Shown: positions 1 through 11,724 of the stretch, piece by piece
How the letters are laid out: each line of letters begins with the position of its first letter
Numbering within the stretch: position 1 is the stretch's first letter
Assembly (NCBI GenBank): GCA_046704425.1
Contig: JBJKRX010000050.1
Span: forward strand, 1 to 63,015
DNA: 63,015 bases
Reading direction: 5' to 3'
Origin: Nitrospirota bacterium
GTDB taxonomy: Bacteria > Nitrospirota > UBA9217
Position numbers and translations under genes: made by a program
Notes under the pieces: generated by a model
Databases searched by the model: none
What the model was told of the DNA's origin: nothing
The model's input: only the letters and a program-made list of their open reading frames with translations

Positions 1-555
1 ACACGTCCAGGGCCGACACCGGCTCGTCTGCCACGATGAACGCAGGGTCGCTGGCCAGGGCGCGGGCGATGCCGATGCGCTGACGCTGGCCCCCCGAGAA
101 CTCGTGCGGGTAGCGACGCAGGGCGTCCGGCGGGAGCCCCACCTTGGCGAGCAGCGCCGCCCCACGCGCGTCCAGGTCCTTCTTTGCCGCGAGCTTGTGG
201 ATCACGAGCGGCTCGGTCACGATCTCGCGGACCCGCATGCGGGGATTGAGCGAGGCGAAGGGGTCCTGGAAGATGATCTGCATGCGCTTCCGGAGGGTCC
301 GCAGCTCGCGCGCAGGGAGCGTGGCAAGGTCTTTCCCCTCGAAGGACACCCTGCCCCCGGTGGGCCGCAGCAGCCCCAGGGCTAACCTGCCGAGCGTAGA
401 CTTTCCGCACCCGCTCTCGCCCACCAGGCCAAGGGCCTCGCCGCGCGCGAGGCCGAGGCTCACGCCGTCCACGGCCCGCGCCTCCGCGGTCTTGCCCCTC
501 TCGGCCTTGACCGGAAAGGACTTCGACAGATTTTCTATTTCCAGGATCGTACCCA

Positions 556-556
<1 letters not shown>
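1..556 (-). CDS. Oligopeptide/dipeptide ABC transporter ATP-binding protein (DppF/OppF-like), 3' end runs off the window
   Basis: Not in the ORF track (no stop inside the window). Reverse-strand reading from ATG at 556-554 gives [12 protein letters not shown]. Walker A GESGCGKS (rc of ~397-420). ABC signature [13 protein letters not shown] (rc of ~61-100). Start overlaps the upstream stop as TAATG. Confidence 0.85.
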
Positions 557-1512
<956 letters not shown>

Positions 1513-1523
1513 GGGAGGCTCCG

Positions 1524-2246
1524 TCAGGACGCCTGGGGCGTGACGAAGTTCAGGTAGGTCTTGATGGCGGAATTTTCGGGATCGAAGACGAGCGCCTCGC
1601 GCCATTCCTTCTCCGCGAGGCCGTAGAACCCCTGGGAATAGTAGGTGATGCCGAGATGCAGACGCGCATGCATGAACCGGGGGTTGCACTCCTTGGCGCG
1701 GTTGAACTCCTTGATGGCGTCGTCGTACCGGCCCTGGTCGCGGTAGGCGATGCCGAGCTGGGTGATGATGTCCGCGAAGTTCGGTGAGAGGCGCAGGGCC
1801 TTCCGGTACTCGTCGATCGCCTCGTCCAGAAGCCGCATGTCGTAGTACATGTTCCCGATGCGCAGGTGCTCGTCGGCAAGCTTGCCCTTCACGAAGGGAT
1901 CGACGCGGGCAAGCGCCGAATCCACGTCCGTCTGCTGCTCCGAAAAGTGGGACGCCCGCTCGAAGACCTCGCGCGACTTCTCGTATTCTCCCAGGTCGCT
2001 GTACGTGATGGCCAGGTTGAGCGAGGCCTCGGTGTACCCCGGGTTCAGCTCCAGGGCCTTCTCGAAGGCCTTGGCCGCAAGCGTCAGCCGGTTCGTCTGG
2101 TTGTAGATGATGCCCACCTTGTTCTGGACGTCCGCGAAGCGAGGATTCGCCTGCAGAAGGGCCGTAAAGTGGCGCTCCGCCTCGGCGTAGTCGTTCTTCT
2201 CGAACGCCTCCAGACCTTCCTTGTACAGCTCTTCGATGTTCGCCAT
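1524..2246 (-). CDS. Tetratricopeptide (TPR) repeat protein
   Basis: Track ORF 1524..2312(-). Repeated 34-aa TPR-like units (AEAERHFTALLQANP, AAKAFEKALELNPGY, AIDEYRKALRLSPNF, AIKEFNRAKECNPRF, AEKEWREALVFDPEN). Start taken at MANIEELYKEG (ATG 2246). Confidence 0.75.
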   Translation of the reverse strand: MANIEELYKEGLEAFEKNDYAEAERHFTALLQANPRFADVQNKVGIIYNQTNRLTLAAKAFEKALELNPGYTEASLNLAITYSDLGEYEKSREVFERASHFSEQQTDVDSALARVDPFVKGKLADEHLRIGNMYYDMRLLDEAIDEYRKALRLSPNFADIITQLGIAYRDQGRYDDAIKEFNRAKECNPRFMHARLHLGITYYSQGFYGLAEKEWREALVFDPENSAIKTYLNFVTPQAS

Positions 2247-2300
2247 GGTCACCCCGTTCCGCGCGGGAAACGCCTTCGGCATCGTGATGGAGACGGAAAA

Positions 2301-2330
2301 AATGTAGCACACTCCGGCATGCTATGTCAA
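2301..2330 (-). promoter_or_regulatory. sigma70-like promoter for the TPR/dpp transcription unit
   Basis: Minus strand reads TTGACA (rc of 2325-2330), 18-nt spacer, TACATT (rc of 2301-2306), about 55 nt upstream of the TPR start. Confidence 0.45.
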
Positions 2331-2351
2331 TGAGAAACCGGGGGAAAACCG

Positions 2352-3026
2352 CTACGACGCCCGCCGCAGGAACTCCTCCATGATCGCGGGTCCCGCACTG
2401 GTCCCGATCCGTTCCGCCCCGGCCGCAACGAGCGCCTCGGCGGTCGCCAGGTCACGGATCCCGCCCGACGCCTTGATCCTGCAGGACGATCCCACGATCC
2501 CGCGGATCTGCCGGACATCGTCCACGGTCGCGCCGCGCGGGCCGTATCCCGTCCCTGTCTTGACGAACTCCGCTTTCGCCTGCACGGCGATCCGGCATGC
2601 CGTCTCGAGCTCCGGCGCGGTCAGGAGGCCGGTCTCGACGATGACCTTGTGGACCTTGCCGGGCGTCATGGCCACGACGTTCTTGACGTCGATCTCCGCG
2701 GCCTGGGCCCGTCCGGACTTCAGGAGGCCGATATTCAACACGATGTCGAGCTCGCTCGCGCCGTTCTTCATGGCCTCCATGGCCTCCACGATCTTCACCG
2801 TTGTCGTGTTCGCGCCGAAGGGAAATCCCACCACGGCGCAGACCTTCACCAGCGAGTTGCCGAGCAGGTCCCGGGCGCGCGCCACGTTGCCGCCGTGCAC
2901 GACCACGCAGGCGAACCCGTACTTCCGCGCATCGGCGCATGCCGCTTCGAGCTCGTCCTGCGTGGCGCCCTGGCCGAGCAGAGCGGCGTCGATGCAGAGC
3001 GCTAGGTGCCCGGCGTCGGCGAACAC
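2352..3026 (-). CDS. deoC: Deoxyribose-phosphate aldolase
   Basis: Track ORF 2352..3155(-). DeoC-like motifs: CIDAALL, VCAVVGFPFG, Schiff-base lysine context EFVKTGTGY, RIKASGGIR. Start taken at GTG 3026 with GAGGTG upstream. Overlaps the upstream aminotransferase stop. Confidence 0.8.
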   Translation of the reverse strand: MFADAGHLALCIDAALLGQGATQDELEAACADARKYGFACVVVHGGNVARARDLLGNSLVKVCAVVGFPFGANTTTVKIVEAMEAMKNGASELDIVLNIGLLKSGRAQAAEIDVKNVVAMTPGKVHKVIVETGLLTAPELETACRIAVQAKAEFVKTGTGYGPRGATVDDVRQIRGIVGSSCRIKASGGIRDLATAEALVAAGAERIGTSAGPAIMEEFLRRAS

Positions 3027-3874
3027 GCACCCACCTCGCTGCGGTATGCCCGGCGCAGCAGTCCGGTGACCGGGCCGGGCCTGCCGGTCCCCACGGGCTT
3101 CTTGTCGATCTTCGTGACCGGCAGGATCTCGACCGTGGTATTGGTGAGGAAGCACTCGTCGGCGGCGAGCAGGCGCTGCGGCGCGAGCTGCACCTCGCGC
3201 GCGATGATCCGCTTCTTCCGCGCCAGGCGCAGCACGAAGGAACGCGTGATCCCGTCGAGGATGCCGGTCTCGAGGCTCGGCGTGTACAGGATGCCGCGCT
3301 TCACCATGAAGATGTTGCTGACGGTCCCCTCCGCCACACAGCCCTGGTAGTTCAGCATGATCCCCTCGTAGGCATGCGCCTTCAGGGACTCGATCTTGTC
3401 CAGGATGTTGTTGATGAAGTTCGTGCTTTTGACCGCGGGGGGCAGCGCGAGCGGATGGTTGCGCCGCGTCTTCACGATGGCGACGGAAACGCCGCGTTCG
3501 AAGCGCTCGGCGGGGTAGTCCTTGAAGGGACGCACGAGGATCACGAGCGAGGGGGCCGGGCAGAGCGCCGGGTCGAGACCGATCTCCCCGGGGCCGCGCG
3601 ATACGTGCAACCGCACATAGGCCTCCCGGAGCTTGTTGACGTACAGGGTCTCGTAGAGGGCCTCGGCGATCTTCGGGGCAGGCAGGGGCAGGCCGAGGGC
3701 GATGGCCCGGGCGGAACGCCGCAGCCGGGCCAGGTGCTTGTCGAGGAGGAAGATCTGCCCTCCGTAGGCCCGCATGGTCTCGTAGATCCCGTCGCCGTAC
3801 AGAAAGCCGTGATCGAAGACCGAGATCCTGGCCTCTTCCTCGGGCACGAAATGTCCGTCAAGATAGACGAGCAT
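3002..3874 (-). CDS. ilvE: Class IV PLP aminotransferase (branched-chain amino acid aminotransferase-like)
   Basis: 290-aa ORF. MLVYLDGHFVPEEEARISVFDHGFLYGDGIYET N-terminus and lysine context AVKSTNFINNIL are typical of short IlvE/D-amino-acid aminotransferase fold type IV. The exact substrate cannot be resolved by eye. Confidence 0.7.
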   Translation of the reverse strand: MLVYLDGHFVPEEEARISVFDHGFLYGDGIYETMRAYGGQIFLLDKHLARLRRSARAIALGLPLPAPKIAEALYETLYVNKLREAYVRLHVSRGPGEIGLDPALCPAPSLVILVRPFKDYPAERFERGVSVAIVKTRRNHPLALPPAVKSTNFINNILDKIESLKAHAYEGIMLNYQGCVAEGTVSNIFMVKRGILYTPSLETGILDGITRSFVLRLARKKRIIAREVQLAPQRLLAADECFLTNTTVEILPVTKIDKKPVGTGRPGPVTGLLRRAYRSEVGACSPTPGT

Positions 3875-3928
3875 GGACTGAACGTAGCATTAATGGGTGC
3901 CGCCTGTCAAGCAGGAATGCACGCACGG

Positions 3929-4678
3929 TTATCGCGCCAGAAGGTCCCGCATGACCTGCCCCTTGATGACATTGCGGATCAGGTCGCGGTCCGTCGGCGC
4001 GATCTCGACGAATTTCATGCCCATGCCCGGCTCGCGGAACGGTCCGGGACGCATGGTCACGCTGCGCAGCACCTGCGCCTTGCACCGGACCGGGATGGAG
4101 CGGATCATGATCGTCACCGGCACGATCGCGCCCAGGGGGCGGGGATTCAGTGTGCGCACATAGATCCCGTTCTCCGAGATCTGCGAGACGTACTCCGTGC
4201 CGCCCGCACCGCCCTTTCCTCCCACCATGACCGGCAGCAGGGTCCGCAGCCGGATGACATGACGCGGGACATGCTCCGTGGCCTGCTGAATGGCAGTGAA
4301 CAACAGTTCGGGATCCGCCGGTTTTTTCAGGAAGGTCGCACAGCCCGACGCACGGCAAAGCTTCTGCTTCTCCTCATCGACGACGCCCGAATGGATAATG
4401 ACCGGCACCGCCTTCATTCTCGCATCGTGCTTGATGCGCACCAGGAGTTCCAGTCCCGACATCTGCGGCAGGGAAAGCTCGGTGATGACCAGCGACGGCA
4501 ATGCATGCTCGATGATCGGCAGCGCGTCCTCGGCCGAGGATGCGATGTAGACCTCATACTCCAGCCGCTGGAGCATCATCCCGGTGGCAAACAGGTCCTT
4601 GACGAACCCGTCCACGAGCAGGGCGAAACCGTCCTTGCGGTCCGGCATGGTGTTTTCCTCCGCTTCCCGGTCGTTCAT
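3929..4678 (-). CDS. Receiver-domain protein with Glu at the phospho-acceptor position, fused to a PilZ domain
   Basis: 249-aa ORF with AAGGAGG 6 nt upstream of ATG 4678. REC-like block: LLVDG ... VITELSLPQMSGLELL ... VIIHSG ... FLKKP. C-terminal RHVIR and QISENG match the PilZ RxxxR / (D/N)xSxxG motifs. Confidence 0.75.
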   Translation of the reverse strand: MNDREAEENTMPDRKDGFALLVDGFVKDLFATGMMLQRLEYEVYIASSAEDALPIIEHALPSLVITELSLPQMSGLELLVRIKHDARMKAVPVIIHSGVVDEEKQKLCRASGCATFLKKPADPELLFTAIQQATEHVPRHVIRLRTLLPVMVGGKGGAGGTEYVSQISENGIYVRTLNPRPLGAIVPVTIMIRSIPVRCKAQVLRSVTMRPGPFREPGMGMKFVEIAPTDRDLIRNVIKGQVMRDLLAR

Positions 4679-4718
4679 GGGCCCCTCCTTGCCGCACCCT
4701 CCGGCGCGGCCGGTGTAT

Positions 4719-5507
4719 TCACAGTTCGCCGCGCATGGTCCACCACAGCATGCTGATCCACTCTGCGATGCCGGTGCACGACCGGTTGAAATCTCCGGCC
4801 CGCGGGATGAGGGCCGCGAGCGTCCAGACCCGGGTCTGACTCAGAAAATACGTGGGCGCGGGGATCACCGTGAATCCCCGCCGGGAAAAGAACGCCGTGG
4901 CCCGCCGCAGGTAATAGGCCGAAGTGGCCAGGACGATGCGGTCGCCCGTGAGGAGCGCCCGGACGGCGTGGGCATTCTCGAGCGTGTTGCGCGAGCGGTC
5001 CTCGACGATCAGGCGGGCCCGCGGCATGCCGAGGGCGATCGCCGCGCGCGCCATGGCGTCCGCATCGTTCACCTTCGTGCTGAAGGGCTCGCCGTTTCCG
5101 CCGCACAGAACCAGCGGGGCCTTGAGCCTTCGGGCCAGCTCTACGCCGGTCACGATCCGGGAGAGGGTCTCGGCGTTCGGGACCGGGTCCGCACCCATCC
5201 ACGCCAGGTCGATCGATCCGCCGCCCGGGACGACCACCGCGTCGACCCTCCCCTTGATGGCTTCGGCCCGGACCGGAGGGTAGCGTCGCTCCAGGGGCCG
5301 CAGGATCAAGTCGGCCGTGGGGCCCAGGCTCAGGAGATACAAGACGGCCATGCCGCCCGCCAGGAGGGCCCGGCCGAGATTCCTCCGCCGCTCGAGAAGG
5401 GCCAGCCCTGCGATCATGGCGATCAGGACGCTCGCGGGCGGGAGAACCAGGAACCAGACGATTTTCTGGAATACGAACCACATGGGCGACCGCTCCGGTA
5501 AGGGCAT
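4719..5507 (-). CDS. DUF218 (YdcF/ElyC/SanA-like) membrane-anchored protein
   Basis: Track ORF 4719..5522(-). N-terminal TM segment FVFQKIVWFLVLPPASVLIAMIAGLAL, then VVVPGGG ... LVLCGGNG ... IVEDRSRNTLENA, characteristic of DUF218. Start ambiguous (ATG 5507 or 5483). Confidence 0.7.
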   Translation of the reverse strand: MPLPERSPMWFVFQKIVWFLVLPPASVLIAMIAGLALLERRRNLGRALLAGGMAVLYLLSLGPTADLILRPLERRYPPVRAEAIKGRVDAVVVPGGGSIDLAWMGADPVPNAETLSRIVTGVELARRLKAPLVLCGGNGEPFSTKVNDADAMARAAIALGMPRARLIVEDRSRNTLENAHAVRALLTGDRIVLATSAYYLRRATAFFSRRGFTVIPAPTYFLSQTRVWTLAALIPRAGDFNRSCTGIAEWISMLWWTMRGEL

Positions 5508-5691
5508 CCTGCCTTGTCGCACTCAGTATACCGGACCCGGTTTATTTTGCAAGCCCCATCGCTGATCCTTCGCGGCAGATAGTATTCCCAAGGGCATCGC
5601 CATCTGGTATGATTACTACTACCGACGGGGTATGCTGCGATCCGCTCCTTGTGCGGCGGCAGACGTCCCCGAATGAGAGGAGGGTCTCGTA

Positions 5692-6495
5692 ATGAAACGA
5701 CTGGCACTCATCACAGCACTGGCGATCGTCTGCTTTGCGCTCGGAAGACCGGCGGAAGCCCGCGTCGTCGGCAAGACGATCATGTATTCTGCGAACGGCG
5801 TGACCATGAAGGGCTACCTGGCCACGGACCCCGCGCTCAAGGGCAAGCGGCCCGGCATCCTCGTGGTCCACGAATGGTGGGGCCTGACCAACTACGCGCG
5901 CAAACGGGCGCGGATGCTCGCCGGTCTCGGCTACACCGCGCTCGCCGTGGACCTCTACGGCAACGGCAGGACCGTGCAGACCCCCGCCGAGGCGTCCGCC
6001 CTGGCGACCGAACGGATGAAGGACTTCACCGGCACGCGGGCGCGCTTTCTCGCGGCAGAGGAGGTGCTCAAAAAAGACCCGACCGTGGATCCTCATCGTC
6101 TCGCCGGGGTCGGGTACTGCTTCGGCGGGGGCGTGCTGCTGAACATGGCGCGGACCGGGACGGACCTCCGGGGCGTCGTGAGCGTGCACGGCGACCTGCA
6201 GCCGGTCGCGACCGCGGCCCCCGGATCGATCACGCCGAAGATCCTCGTATTCCAGGGGACCGAGGACCGCTTCGCGCCGGCCGCCGCAATCAAGGCCTTT
6301 CGCGAAGAGATGACCAAGGCGAAGGCGCACTTCCGGGTGGTTCTCTATCCGCATGCGATGCACGCCTTTTCCAACCCTAAGGCGACCGCGCTGGGCAAGA
6401 AGTTCAAGCTCCCGATCGCGTATAATAAGAGCGCGGACCGGAAATCGTGGTCCGCGATGAAGCGGTTCTTTGCCGGGCTCTTCGCCCAAAAATGA
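5692..6495 (+). CDS. Secreted dienelactone hydrolase family protein
   Basis: 267-aa ORF with GAGGAGGG upstream. Signal peptide MKRLALITALAIVCFALGRPAEA. Motifs: ILVVHEWWGL, nucleophile context GVGYCFGGG, HAF near the C-terminus. Confidence 0.8.
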   Translation: MKRLALITALAIVCFALGRPAEARVVGKTIMYSANGVTMKGYLATDPALKGKRPGILVVHEWWGLTNYARKRARMLAGLGYTALAVDLYGNGRTVQTPAEASALATERMKDFTGTRARFLAAEEVLKKDPTVDPHRLAGVGYCFGGGVLLNMARTGTDLRGVVSVHGDLQPVATAAPGSITPKILVFQGTEDRFAPAAAIKAFREEMTKAKAHFRVVLYPHAMHAFSNPKATALGKKFKLPIAYNKSADRKSWSAMKRFFAGLFAQK

Positions 6496-6543
6496 CCGCG
6501 GCAGGAAAGCGGCGGTAGTGACCCTATCGGGAAGGAGCGTGCC

Positions 6544-6951
6544 ATGCCGTACATCGAGTGGTCGGATAAGTTCAGCGTGAACGTGCGGGAGATCGACGAA
6601 CAGCACAAGAAGCTGTTCGCCATGATCAACAGCCTGCAGGAGGCGATGGTCGCGAACAAGGGTCGCGAGGTCCAGAAGGCCGTGATCGACGAGATGGTGG
6701 AGTATGCGATCCTCCATTTCGACACCGAAGAGCAGTACATGAAGCGGTTCGCCTACCCCGGGTATACGACGCACCACGCGGAGCATGTGGCCTTCACTGC
6801 AAAGGCTGCGGACCTCAAAAAACGCGTGGAGGCCGTGGGCTTCGTCCTTTCCCTGGAGATCCTGAGCTTCCTGAAGGACTGGCTCCAGAACCACATCCTC
6901 GTGACCGATAAGCGCTATTCCGCCTACTTCAATGAAAAAGGGCTCCGCTGA
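6544..6951 (+). CDS. Bacteriohemerythrin-like protein
   Basis: 135-aa ORF. IEWSDKFSVNVREIDEQHKKLF opening plus HFDTEE, HHAEH and WLQNHI match hemerythrin His/Glu/Asp iron-ligand spacing. Confidence 0.8.
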   Translation: MPYIEWSDKFSVNVREIDEQHKKLFAMINSLQEAMVANKGREVQKAVIDEMVEYAILHFDTEEQYMKRFAYPGYTTHHAEHVAFTAKAADLKKRVEAVGFVLSLEILSFLKDWLQNHILVTDKRYSAYFNEKGLR

Positions 6952-7651
6952 CGGGTCGGCGCGGACGCTCCGGGACCGCCTGCGCGCGCAGGCCGACCCG
7001 GAGCGGGCCGCCAACCTCCGCCGCTTCTTCAAGACCGGGCCGGGCCAGTACGGCGCGGGTGACCGCTTCCTCGGGCTCACGGTCCCCCTGGTGCGGCAGG
7101 CGGTGCAAGAGCATGACGGCATGCCGCACCAGGAGATCCTGACGCTCCTCCGCTCCCCCTGGCACGAGGAGCGGCTCGCCGCGCTTTTGCTTCTGGTCCG
7201 CGCCTACGCACGCGGCGACAACACGGGAAAACCGCGGATCTACCGGCTCTATCTCGCGAACACCTCCCGGATCAACAACTGGGACCTCGTAGACCTCTCC
7301 GCCCCTCACATTGTCGGCGCTCACCTCCTTACGCGCAGCAGGAAGCCGCTCTATCGGCTCGCGCGATCGCGTGACCTCTGGAAGCGCAGGATCGCGGTCC
7401 TGGCCTGCTTCGCCTTCATCCGGCAGGGCGAGTACGACGATGCCCTCGCCGTCGCCGAACTTCTTTTGGATGATGAGCACGACCTGATCCATAAGGCAGT
7501 GGGCTGGATGCTGCGCGAGGTAGGCAAGCGATCGCTCGCGACGGAAGAGCGCTTCCTGAAACGCCACTGCCCTGCCATGCCGCGGACCATGCTGCGCTAC
7601 GCCATCGAACGTTTTCCTGAGCGAAAGCGGCAGGCCTATCTGCGGCACTGA
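6932..7651 (+). CDS. DNA alkylation repair protein (AlkD/AlkC-like HEAT-repeat family)
   Basis: 239-aa ORF. ANLRRFFKTGPGQYGAGDRFLGLTVPLVRQ, SPWHEERLAALLLL and NNWDLVD are typical of the DNA alkylation repair enzyme family. Overlaps the hemerythrin gene by 20 nt. Confidence 0.7.
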   Translation: MKKGSADGSARTLRDRLRAQADPERAANLRRFFKTGPGQYGAGDRFLGLTVPLVRQAVQEHDGMPHQEILTLLRSPWHEERLAALLLLVRAYARGDNTGKPRIYRLYLANTSRINNWDLVDLSAPHIVGAHLLTRSRKPLYRLARSRDLWKRRIAVLACFAFIRQGEYDDALAVAELLLDDEHDLIHKAVGWMLREVGKRSLATEERFLKRHCPAMPRTMLRYAIERFPERKRQAYLRH

Positions 7652-7661
7652 TCTTTTCGTC

Positions 7662-7690
7662 TTGCCTTTTCTCCCCGACTGTACTATTTT
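7662..7690 (+). promoter_or_regulatory. sigma70-like promoter immediately upstream of radA
   Basis: TTGCCT (7662-7667), 17-nt spacer, TATTTT (7685-7690). The radA ATG (7696) begins 5 nt after the -10. No Shine-Dalgarno is visible. Confidence 0.4.
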
Positions 7691-7695
7691 TTCTC

Positions 7696-9066
7696 ATGAA
7701 ATCCCGCGCAAAGACCGTCTACGTCTGTCAGGCCTGCGGCAGCCAATCCCCGCGATGGATGGGCAAGTGCCCGGACTGCGGTGCCTGGAACACCATGGTC
7801 GAGGAGCGGTTCGAGAAGCCCAAGGACCTGACGGGCGGAAAGGCCGCGGACGCAATCGAACCCCAGCCCCTGGGCGCGATCCAGGCCCGCGACGAGGACC
7901 GGTTCGTGACGCGCATCCACGAGCTCGACCGGGTCCTGGGCGGCGGTATCGTGGCAGGCTCCGTGGTCCTGATCGGCGGCGACCCGGGCATCGGAAAGTC
8001 CACACTCGTGCTCCAGATGCTCCGGCAGGTGGCGGACCTCCGGGGCAAGGCCCTCTATGTCTCGGGCGAGGAGTCGCCTGCCCAGATCAAGATGCGGGCC
8101 CAGCGTCTGGGCGTGCAGAGCGAGAACCTCTATGTCCTGGCCGAGACGCAACTGGAGGAGGTCCTCCGGGCCGCGGAGGGGCTCACGCCGCAGGTCCTGG
8201 TCGTCGATTCCGTCCAGACGGTCTTTACCGACGAGCTCCCTTCCGCGCCGGGCAGCGTGGGGCAGGTACGCGAGGTCTCGGGCCGCTTGATGCTCTACGC
8301 CAAGCGTACCGGGATCCCCGTCTTCCTGATCGGCCACGTGACCAAGGACGGCGCCATCGCCGGTCCGCGCGTCCTCGAGCACATCGTAGACACGGTCCTC
8401 TACTTCGAGGGGGACAAGGGTCATGCCTTCCGCGTCCTGCGCGCGGTCAAGAACCGTTTCGGCAGCACGAACGAGATCGGCGTCTTCGAGATGAAGGAGT
8501 CGGGCCTCGCCGAGGTGGCGAACCCCTCCGAGCTCTTCCTCGCCGAGCGGCCCGCGGACGCCACGGGGTCCGTCGTGGTCTCGTCCCTCGAAGGGACCCG
8601 GCCGATCCTGGCCGAACTGCAGGCCCTGGTGGCGCCCTCGAAGCTCGCCATGCCGCGCAGGACCTGCATCGGCGTGGACTTCAACCGCGTCTCGCTCCTC
8701 CTGGCGGTGCTCGAAAAACGCGTGGGCATGCAGCTCATGGGCATGGACGTGTTCGTGAACATCGTGGGGGGCATGAAGGTCGACGAGCCTGCCGTGGACC
8801 TGGGCATCATCGCCGCAGTGGCCTCGAGCTTCCGGGAGCGGCCGATCCACGACCGGACCGCGGTCATGGGCGAGGTGGGGCTCGCGGGCGAGGTGCGCGC
8901 CATCAGCCAGGCCGAGTCCCGGCTCAAGGACGCCGTCAAGCTCGGATTCACGCGCTGCGTCCTGCCGGCCCTGAACGTGGAGAAACTGGAGAAGACCGCG
9001 GCGCTGAAAAAGATGGAACTCCTGGGCGTGCGCACCGTTGAGGAGGCCATGGAGCGGCTCTTTTAA
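7696..9066 (+). CDS. radA: DNA repair protein RadA/Sms
   Basis: 456-aa ORF. N-terminal zinc ribbon CQACGSQSPRWMGKCPDCGAWNT, Walker A GDPGIGKST, RadA motif KNRFG, Lon-like C-terminal domain. Confidence 0.93.
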   Translation: MKSRAKTVYVCQACGSQSPRWMGKCPDCGAWNTMVEERFEKPKDLTGGKAADAIEPQPLGAIQARDEDRFVTRIHELDRVLGGGIVAGSVVLIGGDPGIGKSTLVLQMLRQVADLRGKALYVSGEESPAQIKMRAQRLGVQSENLYVLAETQLEEVLRAAEGLTPQVLVVDSVQTVFTDELPSAPGSVGQVREVSGRLMLYAKRTGIPVFLIGHVTKDGAIAGPRVLEHIVDTVLYFEGDKGHAFRVLRAVKNRFGSTNEIGVFEMKESGLAEVANPSELFLAERPADATGSVVVSSLEGTRPILAELQALVAPSKLAMPRRTCIGVDFNRVSLLLAVLEKRVGMQLMGMDVFVNIVGGMKVDEPAVDLGIIAAVASSFRERPIHDRTAVMGEVGLAGEVRAISQAESRLKDAVKLGFTRCVLPALNVEKLEKTAALKKMELLGVRTVEEAMERLF

Positions 9067-9074
9067 GGCGAGCC

Positions 9075-9103
9075 TTGACTTTTCCTCCCCCCCTTGGTAA
9101 TGT
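9075..9103 (+). promoter_or_regulatory. sigma70-like promoter for prfC
   Basis: TTGACT (9075-9080), 17-nt spacer, TAATGT (9098-9103). It overlaps the upstream in-frame TTG/ATG, which argues for the 9136 start. Confidence 0.45.
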
Positions 9104-9135
9104 ACACGGCCCGGCACCCGGGGCCGGACGGACCC

Positions 9136-10743
<1,608 letters not shown>

Positions 10744-10772
10744 GGTCCTATCGCGCAAGCTGCGGAATTGGC

Positions 10773-10801
10773 TTGCTTTTCCTGCGTCGGGATGCTATTT
10801 T
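10773..10801 (+). promoter_or_regulatory. sigma70-like promoter for the Crp/Fnr-family gene
   Basis: TTGCTT (10773-10778), 17-nt spacer, TATTTT (10796-10801), 50 nt upstream of ATG 10852. Confidence 0.4.
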
Positions 10802-10851
10802 ACCCCTGGTGAGCCGATCAGCTTTCGTACGAAGGGGGCAGAAAAAGACCG

Positions 10852-11535
10852 ATGCTGGTAGACTACCTTAAGAACATCCCGCTCTTCAAGGCGCTCAAGG
10901 ACGCCCAGCTCAAGGAAATCGCGTCGCGCTGCAAACCCGCCCGGTACAAGAAAGGCGAGATCCTTTTCCATAAGACGGACCTGAGCACCGACCTCTACAT
11001 CGTCAACGACGGACGGCTGAAGGCGGTCCTTGCCGACGAAGAGGGGGGCGAGATGGTGCTCGCCCATTTCGAACCGGGTTCCTTTTTCGGGGAGTTGAGC
11101 CTCCTCGACGGCAAGGGCCGTTCCGCGACGATCGTCGCGGACAAGGACTCCGAGCTCTCCGTCCTGAACAAGATCGTCTTTCTCGAACTTCTTCACAAGA
11201 ACCCGTCGATCGCCGTGGAACTCATCACGACCCTCGTGGAGCGCCTGCGCAAGGCGGACGATATGATCGAATCCCTTGCCTTCCTGGAGGTCGGCGAGCG
11301 GCTCGTCCGCTCCCTGCTCGACGCCGCGACATCGACGGCAAGCGTCCCGGCCGGCTTTCTCAAGACCAAGAAACTGACGCACAAGGAACTGGCCTCGCGT
11401 ATCGGCTCGTCGCGCGAAGCGGTCTCCAAGTGCCTCAAGGTGCTCTCGACGCGCCAGATCGTCAAAGAGGCCGAGGGCAGCCTCCTGATCGCGACGAACG
11501 CCCTCGACCTCATTAAGGACAACAGTCGGTCGTAA
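10852..11535 (+). CDS. Crp/Fnr family transcriptional regulator
   Basis: 227-aa ORF. cNMP-binding fold (FFGELSLLDGKGRSATIVA) followed by a C-terminal HTH (THKELASRIGSSREAVSKCLKVL). No N-terminal Fnr-type Cys cluster. Confidence 0.85.
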   Translation: MLVDYLKNIPLFKALKDAQLKEIASRCKPARYKKGEILFHKTDLSTDLYIVNDGRLKAVLADEEGGEMVLAHFEPGSFFGELSLLDGKGRSATIVADKDSELSVLNKIVFLELLHKNPSIAVELITTLVERLRKADDMIESLAFLEVGERLVRSLLDAATSTASVPAGFLKTKKLTHKELASRIGSSREAVSKCLKVLSTRQIVKEAEGSLLIATNALDLIKDNSRS

Positions 11536-11615
11536 TTTCCTTTTTCCTTCGCTTTTCCGCCGCCGAGCCGGCGCCCCAGCGCCCCGCTCGCGCCCCTGCA
11601 CCAGCGACGCATTTC

Positions 11616-11645
11616 TTGACAGAGAGAAAGCAATCCTCCTATAAT
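11616..11645 (+). promoter_or_regulatory. Consensus-hexamer sigma70 promoter
   Basis: TTGACA (11616-11621), 18-nt spacer, TATAAT (11640-11645), upstream of the small lipoprotein ORF. Confidence 0.55.
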
Positions 11646-11724
11646 ACGAAGCAGCGCGGGGCATGCGAGCATTTCGTCGATCCCGAGGTACGGGGGGCGT
11701 TGCGTGTTCATGGGGAAGGAAGGC

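Noticed and set aside
1513-2310. N-terminal 265 residues of track ORF 556..2310(-), which would make a 584-aa ABC protein
   Set aside because: ABC-ATPase homology begins at about residue 266. The upstream part overlaps the TPR gene in another frame and looks like run-on. GTG 1512 with a GGAG RBS gives a normal-length DppD.
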